Origin: a virus
Reading direction: 5' to 3' (one strand)
IMG/VR virus record: IMGVR_UViG_3300031521_000066
DNA: 60,759 nt
Shown here: piece by piece, positions 1 through 7,090 of the stretch
Layout of the letters: each line of letters opens with the position of its first letter
Numbering within the stretch: position 1 is the stretch's first letter
The notes under the pieces: model-generated
The model's input: the letters and a program-made list of their open reading frames with translations, nothing else
Database searches by the model: none
Told to the model about the DNA's origin: nothing
Position numbers and translations under genes: made by a program

Positions 1-127
1 ATAGGGTTCATCATGGTCTCCGTAAAGTGTTTTGATTGGTGTTGACAATTCCAAATCCAATAATACAACCGGTTTGGTTAATCTTGCCAATGTTCTAAAA
101 ACATCCGCACAAATGTTCTCAAAAACA
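1..127. repeat. 127-bp terminal direct repeat identical to 60633..60759 (circular-assembly overlap or terminal redundancy)
   Basis: Bases 1-127 (atagggttcatcatggtc...gttctcaaaaaca) recur verbatim at 60633-60759. Confidence 0.9.
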
Positions 128-234
128 GGGTGTATTTCTTTAAGGGTTTTTGGCTTCACAACCGGTCTAGTTGCCTCTGCTATTTGCTCAAATACGTTGT
201 CCGCAACTGATTTAAAATTTTCATTGTGTTTCAT
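1..234 (-). CDS. hypothetical protein, 5-prime part of a gene crossing the window junction (same gene as 60429..60759; 145 aa on the closed circle)
   Basis: ATG at 234 (MKHNENFKSVADNVFEQIAEATRPVVKPKTLKEIHPVFENICADVFRTLARLTKPVV...) reads in frame through the 127-bp overlap into the ORF listed at 60429..60722. Confidence 0.6.
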   Translation of the reverse strand, partial: MKHNENFKSVADNVFEQIAEATRPVVKPKTLKEIHPVFENICADVFRTLARLTKPVVLLDLELSTPIKTLYGDHDEPY

Positions 235-258
235 GATTTAAGTTTTTGTGTTAAAAAT

Positions 259-297
259 AGTTCCCTGTCGGTCTGGTTAACCGAGAACCAGGGAACT
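259..297 (-). terminator. hairpin, putative intrinsic terminator (bidirectional)
   Basis: agttccctg (259-267) pairs perfectly with cagggaact (289-297), with an inner tcgg/ccga stem. T-runs flank it on both strands. The stop codon of ORF 277..555 sits in the loop. Confidence 0.45.
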
Positions 298-555
298 TTG
301 TTTTTCAAAATTAAAATTCGTAAATCGGAGCCGAAAAAAGGAATCGAACCTAAAAAGGTAGCAGATTAAGTCGCCGCTCGAATCGACAATCTCGACTTTG
401 AGTTTGAGCGGTTTTAGAAAAGCATTTAGCCAGGAAAGCTTTGACTCGAAAGTCCTGAGCTTGCTGGCAAAATCCTTGAAAGCATATCCTTGACTTTCAC
501 AGAAAAGCTCCTTTTTCTTAAAAAGAAGCTTAATTTTGGTTTCAATTATTTTCAT
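277..555 (-). CDS. hypothetical small protein, paralog of 54022..54234
   Basis: ATG start. The N-terminal ~60 aa align with ORF 54022..54234 (IETKI..LFK...FC..Q.Y...DF.SK....K..WL..FL.PL.LK..IVD). Confidence 0.6.
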   Translation of the reverse strand: MKIIETKIKLLFKKKELFCESQGYAFKDFASKLRTFESKLSWLNAFLKPLKLKVEIVDSSGDLICYLFRFDSFFRLRFTNFNFEKQSSLVLG

Positions 556-1006
556 CAGGGATAAGACTTGAAATGATACTTTTCATTTTGCCTTTTTTTC
601 GGCCAATTTTGCATTCTAATTTGAATGCTTGATTTTTCAAATCCTCTATTTCATCATACGTTTCAAAGAGATACTTTTGGGCTTCGATGCAAGTATCTGT
701 GTCTTTTTCACATATAAATAGTATTTCGCGTTCTGCTTGAACGGAATTACCTTCTTTTAGGTTTTTCAACATCACAGAAAAAATGTCCGCTTCGTGATGT
801 GTTTTTCTTAGACATTTTCTATCTGTTTTGGATAAATCATACCAACAACCAGCCTTAGCTAAGGCTTTTTCATTTTCATTCTTACATATTTGGATTAAGT
901 CGAAATTCACTTCGACAATAACAATATCGTCAACAGCTTCATAGTCATCAATAGTTGTAACTACAAATCCATTTTCAATAGTTTCAATACTCTTAATATT
1001 TTTCAT
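542..1006 (-). CDS. hypothetical protein
   Basis: 154-aa ORF with ATG start in the minus-strand block; overlaps the downstream ORF by 14 nt; no motif recognised. Confidence 0.55.
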   Translation of the reverse strand: MKNIKSIETIENGFVVTTIDDYEAVDDIVIVEVNFDLIQICKNENEKALAKAGCWYDLSKTDRKCLRKTHHEADIFSVMLKNLKEGNSVQAEREILFICEKDTDTCIEAQKYLFETYDEIEDLKNQAFKLECKIGRKKGKMKSIISSLIPDENN

Positions 1007-1050
1007 GATTTTAAATTTTATTTTAGCTTAATTGCTTCTGTAAATATCGG

Positions 1051-1111
1051 AATTAATTTCGGATAAATCACTATAAAACTGAATTATTTTCGGATAAAAT
1101 GCAATTATTTT
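1051..1111. promoter_or_regulatory. iteron/operator-like direct repeats
   Basis: 17-mers aattaatttcggataaa (1051-1067) and aattattttcggataaa (1082-1098) differ at 1 position and are 31 bp apart. A third partial copy, aattatttt, is at 1103-1111. Confidence 0.35.
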
Positions 1112-1133
1112 CTAAGTGACTGAAAAACAACCC

Positions 1134-1224
1134 ATAACAAGTGCTATAAAAAAGCCGGGTGTTAGTGCTTCGTTGACAGGTCAGTTTTTCAAATCCCGGC
1201 CTTCTCATAGCACCGGACCGTTAT
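1134..1224 (-). repeat. intergenic long-hairpin element (ATAAC...GTTAT family)
   Basis: ataac 1134-1138 and gttat 1220-1224 (overlapping the TAA stop of ORF 1221..). Stems gtgctat/atagcac (1141-47/1207-13) and gccggg/cccggc (1154-59/1195-1200). Shares cgggtgttagtgc and aatcccg with element 51686-51808. Confidence 0.6.
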
Positions 1225-1529
1225 AACCAATTTAATTGGCGACACTCGATATATGAATCAGTTCCTATTTGCTCAAATCCTTTTATCAAAAAAGCTCCTT
1301 GACTTTTTATATTTGAGAAAATTGATTTTAGATATTCGTTTTCTTTGTATTTTCCTGAATTTATGTATTTTATAAATTCGTCTTTATCGCAATCAGCAAC
1401 TTCATGTATTTTATCAAGAAGTTTATTTGCGCTGACAATTTGCATTAAAAACGGATCAAATCCATAATGAGAAACTTCTACTTTGAGAGAGTTTATCATT
1501 TCTTTTAATTTTTCAACATTATTATTCAT
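1221..1529 (-). CDS. hypothetical protein
   Basis: ATG at 1529 (MNNNVEKLKEM...), just after the stop of the upstream XRE gene, is preferred to the track start at 1547. Confidence 0.5.
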   Translation of the reverse strand: MNNNVEKLKEMINSLKVEVSHYGFDPFLMQIVSANKLLDKIHEVADCDKDEFIKYINSGKYKENEYLKSIFSNIKSQGAFLIKGFEQIGTDSYIECRQLNWL

Positions 1530-1537
1530 AATAAATA

Positions 1538-1759
1538 TTAGTTGCAATGTGAATAATGAATAAATTCAATATCAATCCCCACAGCATCGCAAATCTTAGT
1601 CAAGGTATCTAATGTCGGGTTTATCTTCCCGGAAAAGATACGGGAAATGTAATCTTGCTGTAGTCCTGTCTTTTCAGATAGGGCTATTTGTGTTATTCCC
1701 TTTTCTTTCACGATCAACGCTATTCGGTTGAGCTGTTCTTTATAATTTTGATTTGTCAT
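1538..1759 (-). CDS. XRE/Cro-family helix-turn-helix transcriptional regulator
   Basis: 73 aa. GITQIALSEKTGLQQDYISRIFSGKINPTLDTLTKICDAVG matches the classic XRE HTH pattern. Confidence 0.8.
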   Translation of the reverse strand: MTNQNYKEQLNRIALIVKEKGITQIALSEKTGLQQDYISRIFSGKINPTLDTLTKICDAVGIDIEFIHYSHCN

Positions 1760-1766
1760 ATTGTTA

Positions 1767-2093
1767 TTATTTAAATTTCCTTATTTCACTTTCGCTTTTC
1801 CAGACCAAATGAAAGGATGGTTGAACAGGTATCCTTCCATCGGGTGCCGTACAATATAATACACAGAAATCAATAAAATAGGAAACCCCTTTTACAGAAG
1901 AAACAATTTGTTTGATAGTCCCGGCACAACAGAAGGGACCAACCTGTAAATAAACCTGATCCCCAACCTGATAACATGGGATTTTTATTTCTATTTTATG
2001 TTTATCCTTCCCGGTTATAGAAGGTTGAGATTTGGTTACAGTACAATCAAATAGTAAAGCTAAGAAGATCGAAAATACAATATATTTTTTCAT
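1767..2093 (-). CDS. putative lipoprotein
   Basis: The internal ATG at 2093 gives MKKYIVFSIFLALLFDC, a signal peptide with a lipobox-like cysteine. Confidence 0.55.
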   Translation of the reverse strand: MKKYIVFSIFLALLFDCTVTKSQPSITGKDKHKIEIKIPCYQVGDQVYLQVGPFCCAGTIKQIVSSVKGVSYFIDFCVLYCTAPDGRIPVQPSFHLVWKSESEIRKFK

Positions 2094-2261
2094 GATTTCA
2101 AAATTAATATAATGGTTCAAAAGAGTCAAGTATAAAAGTAATGATTAAAATAGTGGTTGCAAGTACCCAGGATACCCTTTCATTATCCTTCTTGCCTTTT
2201 AACCTATCCCGTCCATGTTTTGAACGAAGTTTCCAGAATTGATTTTTTTTGGAGCGGTTAT

Positions 2262-2579
2262 TTAAACAATTTTAAAAGTGTGTAAAATAATAATTGAAAT
2301 TATCACAACAACAAATAATAGCATCGTAAAGCATCCCATTTTTTCATTATCCGCTTGTTGCCTTTCCGATCTTCCTTGAAAATCAACGACGGTTTTATTT
2401 CTGTAGTTTCTAACTGGTCTTAATGTTTTGAAATTATAGAAATACAGGAAGGTTAAGTAGGCCAATGTTCCGGTAGTATATCCAATTGCAAAATTTATTC
2501 TATTAACAATACATAAGACAATTATGCTAATAATAACAACTTGCAAGACGATAGATTTAAAGGCTTCAATTGTTTTCAT
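2262..2579 (-). CDS. hypothetical membrane protein
   Basis: 105-aa ORF with ATG start and about 3 hydrophobic segments (VLQVVIISIIVLCIV, TLAYLTFLYFY, MLLFVVVIISIIIL). Confidence 0.55.
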   Translation of the reverse strand: MKTIEAFKSIVLQVVIISIIVLCIVNRINFAIGYTTGTLAYLTFLYFYNFKTLRPVRNYRNKTVVDFQGRSERQQADNEKMGCFTMLLFVVVIISIIILHTFKIV

Positions 2580-2581
2580 AG

Positions 2582-2722
2582 TTATAGTTGTTTTAAAGTG
2601 AATATACTCAAATAGATTTCAAACCCTGTCATACAAAACAGGAAGGCTGAAATAATTAAAACAGCCGTCCATAATATTTTCAGCTCTCTTTGTATCTGTT
2701 CAATTGTGAGTTCCCTTTTCAT
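2582..2722 (-). CDS. small membrane protein (start uncertain; the track extends to a TTG at 2845)
   Basis: The ATG at 2722 gives MKRELTIEQIQRELKILWTAVLIISAFLFCMTGFEIYLSIF, with one TM segment. Confidence 0.4.
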   Translation of the reverse strand: MKRELTIEQIQRELKILWTAVLIISAFLFCMTGFEIYLSIFTLKQL

Positions 2723-2978
2723 GAATATAAGTTTTAAGATTATTTTTGTTCCGTTACCATTGCTATCCCGCAAGCTAACAGAAAGATTAATAATGCAATT
2801 CCTAAGTAAATCATAGTGGTAAATTTTTAAATTAGTCTCACCCAAAAACCCCGCATCGTGTTAGGATTGCGAGGCTGGTTATTTTCAGAGTGAATTATAT
2901 TCCTCAATTAAGCTTGCATTAAGTGGGCTTAGATTTTTTTGCAAGTTTTACGTGATTGATTAGTTTCAAACACAGGTC

Positions 2979-2986
2979 CAAAGATA
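2979..2986 (-). promoter_or_regulatory. candidate Bacteroidota-type -7 promoter box (TAnnTTTG)
   Basis: Plus-strand caaagata is TATCTTTG on the minus strand, in the 415-bp divergent non-coding region. Confidence 0.3.
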
Positions 2987-3100
2987 TTACATTTAAGTAA
3001 TATAAAATAGCTTTCTTCATGTTTTGCAACATAAAACGTAAAATAATTCCATCGTAAGTAAAATTATTCGAATACCTATTGTTATTTCAAAAACTATTGC

Positions 3101-3108
3101 TACTTTTG
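3101..3108 (+). promoter_or_regulatory. candidate Bacteroidota-type -7 promoter box (TAnnTTTG)
   Basis: TACTTTTG at 3101-3108, about 110 nt upstream of the intrinsic terminator at 3218-3245. Confidence 0.35.
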
Positions 3109-3113
3109 TGTGT

Positions 3114-3245
3114 CGGATTAATCAACCGGTTCAAGGAATGAGTAGAAAATATAAATATTGCAATTTTAGGCGCAACCTGCGCACACCGATAAATACTTTC
3201 ATTCCTTGTAAGATTTTGCCCGCCCGTGATAGGTGGGCTTTTTTT
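3114..3245 (+). ncRNA. candidate ~130-nt structured small RNA or terminated leader
   Basis: Lies between the TACTTTTG box and a strong terminator. Has a 9-bp perfect stem aaggaatga/tcattcctt (3133-41/3199-3207) and an inner gcgca/tgcgc stem. No ORF. Confidence 0.4.
3218..3245 (+). terminator. rho-independent terminator
   Basis: gcccgcc (3218-24) pairs with ggtgggc (3032 offset corrected: 3232-38) including one G-T pair; 7-nt loop; then T7 (3239-45). Confidence 0.6.
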
Positions 3246-3265
3246 AGGCAATCACCTGAAATAAG

Positions 3266-3568
3266 ATGATAGTAGTTTCTCTATTCGACGGCATGTCGTG
3301 TCTCCAAATTGCCTTTAAAGAATTGGGGATAAAACCTGAAAAATACTATTCCAGTGAAATAGATAAATTTGCAATTGCACAAACTCAACTTAATTTCCCT
3401 GATACAATACAATTAGGAAGTGTAACAGAATGGCGAACCTGGGATATTGATTGGTCTAAAGTAGATTTAATTGGGGCTGGTTCTGATACTCAGATTTATA
3501 GAATGTGCGGGAATGGATGGACGGTTGAGGTTATAAAACATATTTTGATGCAAGGGTATAAGATTTGA
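3266..3568 (+). CDS. DNA (cytosine-5)-methyltransferase remnant, internally deleted (100 aa)
   Basis: The N-terminus VVSLFDGMSCLQIAFKELGIKPEKYYSSEIDKFA...DLIGAGS matches motifs I-III and the start of motif IV. It then joins directly to YRMCGNGWTVEVIKHIL (motif X). The PCQ and ENV catalytic motifs are absent. Confidence 0.7.
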   Translation: MIVVSLFDGMSCLQIAFKELGIKPEKYYSSEIDKFAIAQTQLNFPDTIQLGSVTEWRTWDIDWSKVDLIGAGSDTQIYRMCGNGWTVEVIKHILMQGYKI

Positions 3569-3572
3569 ATTG

Positions 3573-3809
3573 TTAATATTTTTCCCCACAAAGAGGGCAG
3601 TAAGTAAAAATCAATCTATCATCAAATTTTGTCGTCCGTGTTCCCTTTTTCCATCTTCCCGTAATCGGGGCAAATAACCTAAAATTATTCAGGTTTGAAT
3701 CAAACGATTTATTTGTGAATGATACTTTCTCTATCACTTCTGATCCAGGGTTTAATTCAGTCATCCTAACTGTCAGGGTATCTTCGAAATTTTTAATACA
3801 ATCGCACAT
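3573..3809 (-). CDS. small Cys-containing protein (possible zinc ribbon)
   Basis: 78 aa with ATG start; MCDC... at the N-terminus and ...YCPLCGEKY at the C-terminus; a lone minus-strand gene with a TAAATTTG box at 3839-3832. Confidence 0.5.
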   Translation of the reverse strand: MCDCIKNFEDTLTVRMTELNPGSEVIEKVSFTNKSFDSNLNNFRLFAPITGRWKKGTRTTKFDDRLIFTYCPLCGEKY

Positions 3810-3831
3810 AATTTTACTTTTTTGATTAGCA

Positions 3832-3839
3832 CAAATTTA
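3832..3839 (-). promoter_or_regulatory. candidate -7 promoter box (TAnnTTTG)
   Basis: Plus-strand caaattta is TAAATTTG on the minus strand, 23 nt upstream of the ATG at 3809. Confidence 0.35.
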
Positions 3840-3928
3840 TAAAAAAATACAATATATTAAAAAATAATCTATAAAAAGTATTTATAAGTCGCAAAAATAT
3901 ACTAATATTGTATAACTAAATTAGTAAT

Positions 3929-4240
3929 ATGCCAGTAGCAAAATCATTAAAGCGCACCCAAGCACGGGAAATGGAGGCAAAATTTACTCCGGCAATTAAG
4001 ACACTTAGTAATTACATGCACAATACAGGGATGGTTCCGGTAGATTTTCTTGGATACAAGATTCCTGCCGGGACTTTCGTTGATAAGAATGGTGTTCAAT
4101 GGCAAATCCAAGCTCATGCTGTTTGTTCAAAAAAGCACATGATCAAAAAGAACGAGGTGATTCCAATGATCAGGAAGTGGGCTATTGGGCTTCGGGTACG
4201 AATATTTATCAAGTATATTGTGGATTGGTCTCAAAAATAA
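3929..4240 (+). CDS. hypothetical protein
   Basis: 103-aa ORF with ATG start, first gene of the plus-strand block. Confidence 0.5.
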   Translation: MPVAKSLKRTQAREMEAKFTPAIKTLSNYMHNTGMVPVDFLGYKIPAGTFVDKNGVQWQIQAHAVCSKKHMIKKNEVIPMIRKWAIGLRVRIFIKYIVDWSQK

Positions 4241-4244
4241 GGAC

Positions 4245-4955
4245 ATGAAGGAGAAAAAAGAAAAAATCATTGTGAAGGATAGGCTTAATTTAGCGGATGA
4301 GACCGGGAAAACCACAATGAAACCAAAACAAAAGCTAACTAAAAAGGACATTAAGAAAGCAAAGAAACGCTTTCAAAACCGGAACATAACTAAGGCAAAT
4401 AAGCTTTACTGGTATCTGGTACTATCCGGTATCTTCATGTTCACTTATTCAATCAGCTGCATATTCACCCATTTCCCGTTTTTATATACCTTTTTACCTA
4501 TTGTTTTAATTCTTGGCTATTTTATATTGCTCATGCTAAAGAGAAATTGGAAAGTAATCTGGCTCTATGTCCGGGACACCGAACAGGGCAGATTACTTCT
4601 TTTCCTTAATAACCAGACACATTTTTCAGAGGAACATAAACTGAAACTCATTCAATGGGTTTATTTACGCAGAAAGCATATCAGGAATGAAATAAGTCTT
4701 AAGCTTCGGGATAAGGTAATGAACGGAGAGAAATTAGACCCAACAGAACGGGTATTGATCAAGTTTAAGACAGTTTATTGTCCTCAACAATTACTTGATG
4801 GGTTCAATAAAGCGCACCTTATAAATGCTTTAATTTGGGCTCACGTGAATGTTCACCTTCTGGATCAGGAATTAAGGGACATACTTGAATTAACTGACGA
4901 AAGAATGTCAAGCTTTCGGATTCAGGATGAAGTTGATAAATGTAAGAAGAAATGA
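4245..4955 (+). CDS. hypothetical membrane protein
   Basis: ATG at 4245 (MKEKKEKIIV...) directly after the upstream stop; basic N-terminus followed by hydrophobic segments (LYWYLVLSGIFMFTYSISCIF, FLPIVLILGYFILLML). Confidence 0.55.
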   Translation: MKEKKEKIIVKDRLNLADETGKTTMKPKQKLTKKDIKKAKKRFQNRNITKANKLYWYLVLSGIFMFTYSISCIFTHFPFLYTFLPIVLILGYFILLMLKRNWKVIWLYVRDTEQGRLLLFLNNQTHFSEEHKLKLIQWVYLRRKHIRNEISLKLRDKVMNGEKLDPTERVLIKFKTVYCPQQLLDGFNKAHLINALIWAHVNVHLLDQELRDILELTDERMSSFRIQDEVDKCKKK

Positions 4956-5434
4956 TTAAAATAGCTCTCATACTCTGCATAATACACATTCTCTACTATG
5001 TTTATGTAGGAATAATCTACCAATTTATAAAAATTGGAACCATCTACAATACCCCAAACGAAGAAGTGTTTCGGCTTCGGTCAAAATATAATGTTAACAT
5101 CAAAACATTTCGGAAGGATTCTAACCATTGGGGCTTTCATTGGTTTAATACAGTCTACATCAATGAAAGGTTACTGAATATCAAGAAAGGTGCCAAGCAT
5201 CCATATAAAACCCTGCATTTCTTTTTTGAGCATGAATATTATCATTTAAGGAATCATGCCCGGAAAGTATTTGTGTCAAGGTTATTATTTTGCTTCACTC
5301 CTTTCTTGATTTTAATCCATTGGGCTTTATTTGCCATTGTCTATATCACTTTTGCTTATTTCATGCACATAATTGTAGATAAAATATTTGAACAACAGGC
5401 TAATAATTACGCTGATAAAATGATTGAATTATGA
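4952..5434 (+). CDS. small membrane protein with HExxH...ExxAD motifs (M48/M56-like zinc metalloprotease core)
   Basis: FFFEHEYYHLRNH (HExxH) sits between TM segments and EQQANNYAD lies downstream. ATGA overlap with the upstream gene. Confidence 0.45.
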   Translation: MIKIALILCIIHILYYVYVGIIYQFIKIGTIYNTPNEEVFRLRSKYNVNIKTFRKDSNHWGFHWFNTVYINERLLNIKKGAKHPYKTLHFFFEHEYYHLRNHARKVFVSRLLFCFTPFLILIHWALFAIVYITFAYFMHIIVDKIFEQQANNYADKMIEL

Positions 5435-5745
5435 CCCGTGACACTACAATTGAAAAGAAACAGATCGTTCTGAAAACATTTCATGAACTTCTACGATCAG
5501 GGAATGATTATGAGGTGGCGCACATGTACCGGGAAGCAGGTAAGCCGGTATTCTTGGCAGGGATAAGGGCAGGTGGCATTATCCGTGATTACTATCATAC
5601 TGTTATCACCGAGGAAATGATAGATTTTATCCCTAAATTTAACCGCAATAATAAGTGTGAAATAATTAATACCTTTGCTCAGAAGTTTGGCTTCTGTGAG
5701 CGGGAAGCAAGGTTAATCATCCGGTATATAAGGAGGAAGAAATGA
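5431..5745 (+). CDS. hypothetical protein
   Basis: 104-aa ORF; ATGA overlaps at both ends. Confidence 0.55.
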   Translation: MTRDTTIEKKQIVLKTFHELLRSGNDYEVAHMYREAGKPVFLAGIRAGGIIRDYYHTVITEEMIDFIPKFNRNNKCEIINTFAQKFGFCEREARLIIRYIRRKK

Positions 5746-6053
5746 CGAAGGAAGAAAAGCAAAACATGGATTTGGATATTATCAACCAAATTAAGGCGGT
5801 TACAGCATCACAAAACGTTATGAATGCAGCAATGTACATTCGTGGAGACGCTGAAAATAACAATGCAATGATATGTATCGAGGGTGATGTGAAGCTATTA
5901 GCCAACACCCTTATTCATCATATTGAAAACAACCCAAAGTTCAACCAATTTATTATGGCTGTGGTTGGAAGCTATTTATGTAAGAACCCCGACAAAGAAA
6001 AAGAATTCAATGAAGGGATTATACTAATGAAAAATTCATTCGGGATAAACTAA
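5742..6053 (+). CDS. hypothetical protein
   Basis: 103-aa ORF; ATGA overlap with the upstream gene. Confidence 0.55.
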   Translation: MTKEEKQNMDLDIINQIKAVTASQNVMNAAMYIRGDAENNNAMICIEGDVKLLANTLIHHIENNPKFNQFIMAVVGSYLCKNPDKEKEFNEGIILMKNSFGIN

Positions 6054-6057
6054 AAAA

Positions 6058-6651
6058 ATGAGTGATTCAACACCACAACAGGACAAACAATATACATTCG
6101 AGGAGCTTCAAAAGAAACTAACCGAGAAAGAACGTATATTTTGTCACCAGTACATTATTGACTGGAATGGTGCAAGAGCGGCAAGATCAGCAGGTTATAG
6201 TCAAAAAACAGCTAAAGAGACGGGTTATGAAAACCTTACCAAACCTCACATTAAACAGTATATCAGCATTATAAAGAATAATCTTGAAGAAGAATCAGGA
6301 ATTTCTAAGCTTCGTAACCTTCAGGAATTGGCTAAAATAGCCTATTCAAACATCGCTCATTTGCATGATACCTGGATTGAGTTATCGGATTGGGAACAAA
6401 TCAAAAGAGAGAACCCAAATGCTTTAGATGCCATTGAAAGCATTGATACTAAGACAGAAACTAGGGTATATAAAACTGAAAGGGATGATGAACAGGAAGT
6501 TGAAACCAAGTATGTCAAGATAAAGCTTTATCCCAAACTTATTGCAATCAAAGAGATTAACGAAATGATGGGATATAAGGCTCCGGTTAAGTTAGAGCAT
6601 GATGTAAAGGACTTATCTCACCTTCAGGATATACTGGATAGTATTAAGTAG
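6058..6651 (+). CDS. terS: terminase small subunit
   Basis: ERIFCHQYIIDWNGARAARSAGYSQKTAKETGYENLTKPHIKQYI matches the Terminase_2 (P27-type) small-subunit signature. Confidence 0.85.
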   Translation: MSDSTPQQDKQYTFEELQKKLTEKERIFCHQYIIDWNGARAARSAGYSQKTAKETGYENLTKPHIKQYISIIKNNLEEESGISKLRNLQELAKIAYSNIAHLHDTWIELSDWEQIKRENPNALDAIESIDTKTETRVYKTERDDEQEVETKYVKIKLYPKLIAIKEINEMMGYKAPVKLEHDVKDLSHLQDILDSIK

Positions 6652-6658
6652 CAAAATA

Positions 6659-6679
6659 GAAGCCCGTACACCGGGCTTC
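6659..6679 (+). terminator. GC-rich hairpin downstream of terS (putative terminator, no clear U-tract)
   Basis: gaagcccg / cgggcttc form a perfect 8-bp stem with a 5-nt loop. Confidence 0.4.
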
Positions 6680-6868
6680 AAGGTCAAAAACTAACGAATC
6701 TTAAACTTATCCTCATGAAAGTGAACCAAAGGTAAAAAACTATTCTGAATAAAGCAAATAAAAATAACATTATTCATTAAATTGGCTGCTTTTATTTATT
6801 GTTAAATAATCACGTTATCAATTAAATAGTCTCTAATTTGTGGGGATAATATTAAACATAGAAGATAT

Positions 6869-7090
6869 ATGGAAAACTATGAAATTATAAAAGGAATACC
6901 TGTTCCAGCGAGGTCAAAATATCCATTTGCTGAAATGGAAATTGGTGATAGTTTTGTTAAAAACTGTTGTTCACAACAACATAGAAACTTGCTTTCAATG
7001 ACTGCGAGTATGTGGGGGCGAAGACACGGAAGAAGATTCAGAACAAGAAAAGAAGATGGAGATAATGTTAGGGTTTGGAGAATTCAATAA
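6869..7090 (+). CDS. hypothetical protein
   Basis: 73-aa ORF with ATG start (IPVPARSKYPFAEMEIGDSF...NVRVWRI). Its stop abuts the convergent terL stop with no gap. Confidence 0.5.
   Translation: MENYEIIKGIPVPARSKYPFAEMEIGDSFVKNCCSQQHRNLLSMTASMWGRRHGRRFRTRKEDGDNVRVWRIQ

Noticed and set aside
32-241. Plus-strand ORF at the window start
   Set aside because: It is antisense to the junction-spanning minus-strand gene, which is continuous with the ORF at 60429..60759.
340-350. ggaatcgaacc, the reverse complement of a canonical tRNA T-arm/loop GGTTCGATTCC, suggesting a minus-strand tRNA
   Set aside because: No complementary acceptor stem or anticodon arm can be drawn around it. It lies inside ORF 277..555, whose protein has a paralog at 54022..54234.
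1538-1759. The XRE-type repressor and neighbouring lipoprotein as evidence for a temperate lifestyle
   Set aside because: I could not recognise an integrase, excisionase, attP-like site or partition system. XRE-family regulators are common in virulent phages too, so lifestyle is left open.
2130-2261. A possible tail-anchored peptide (..KKDNERVSWVLATTILIITFILDSFEPLY) downstream of ORF 2262..2579, near an A8 run, hinting at a frameshift product
   Set aside because: The frame has no start codon after its upstream stop at 2272-2274. I cannot support a programmed frameshift from sequence alone.
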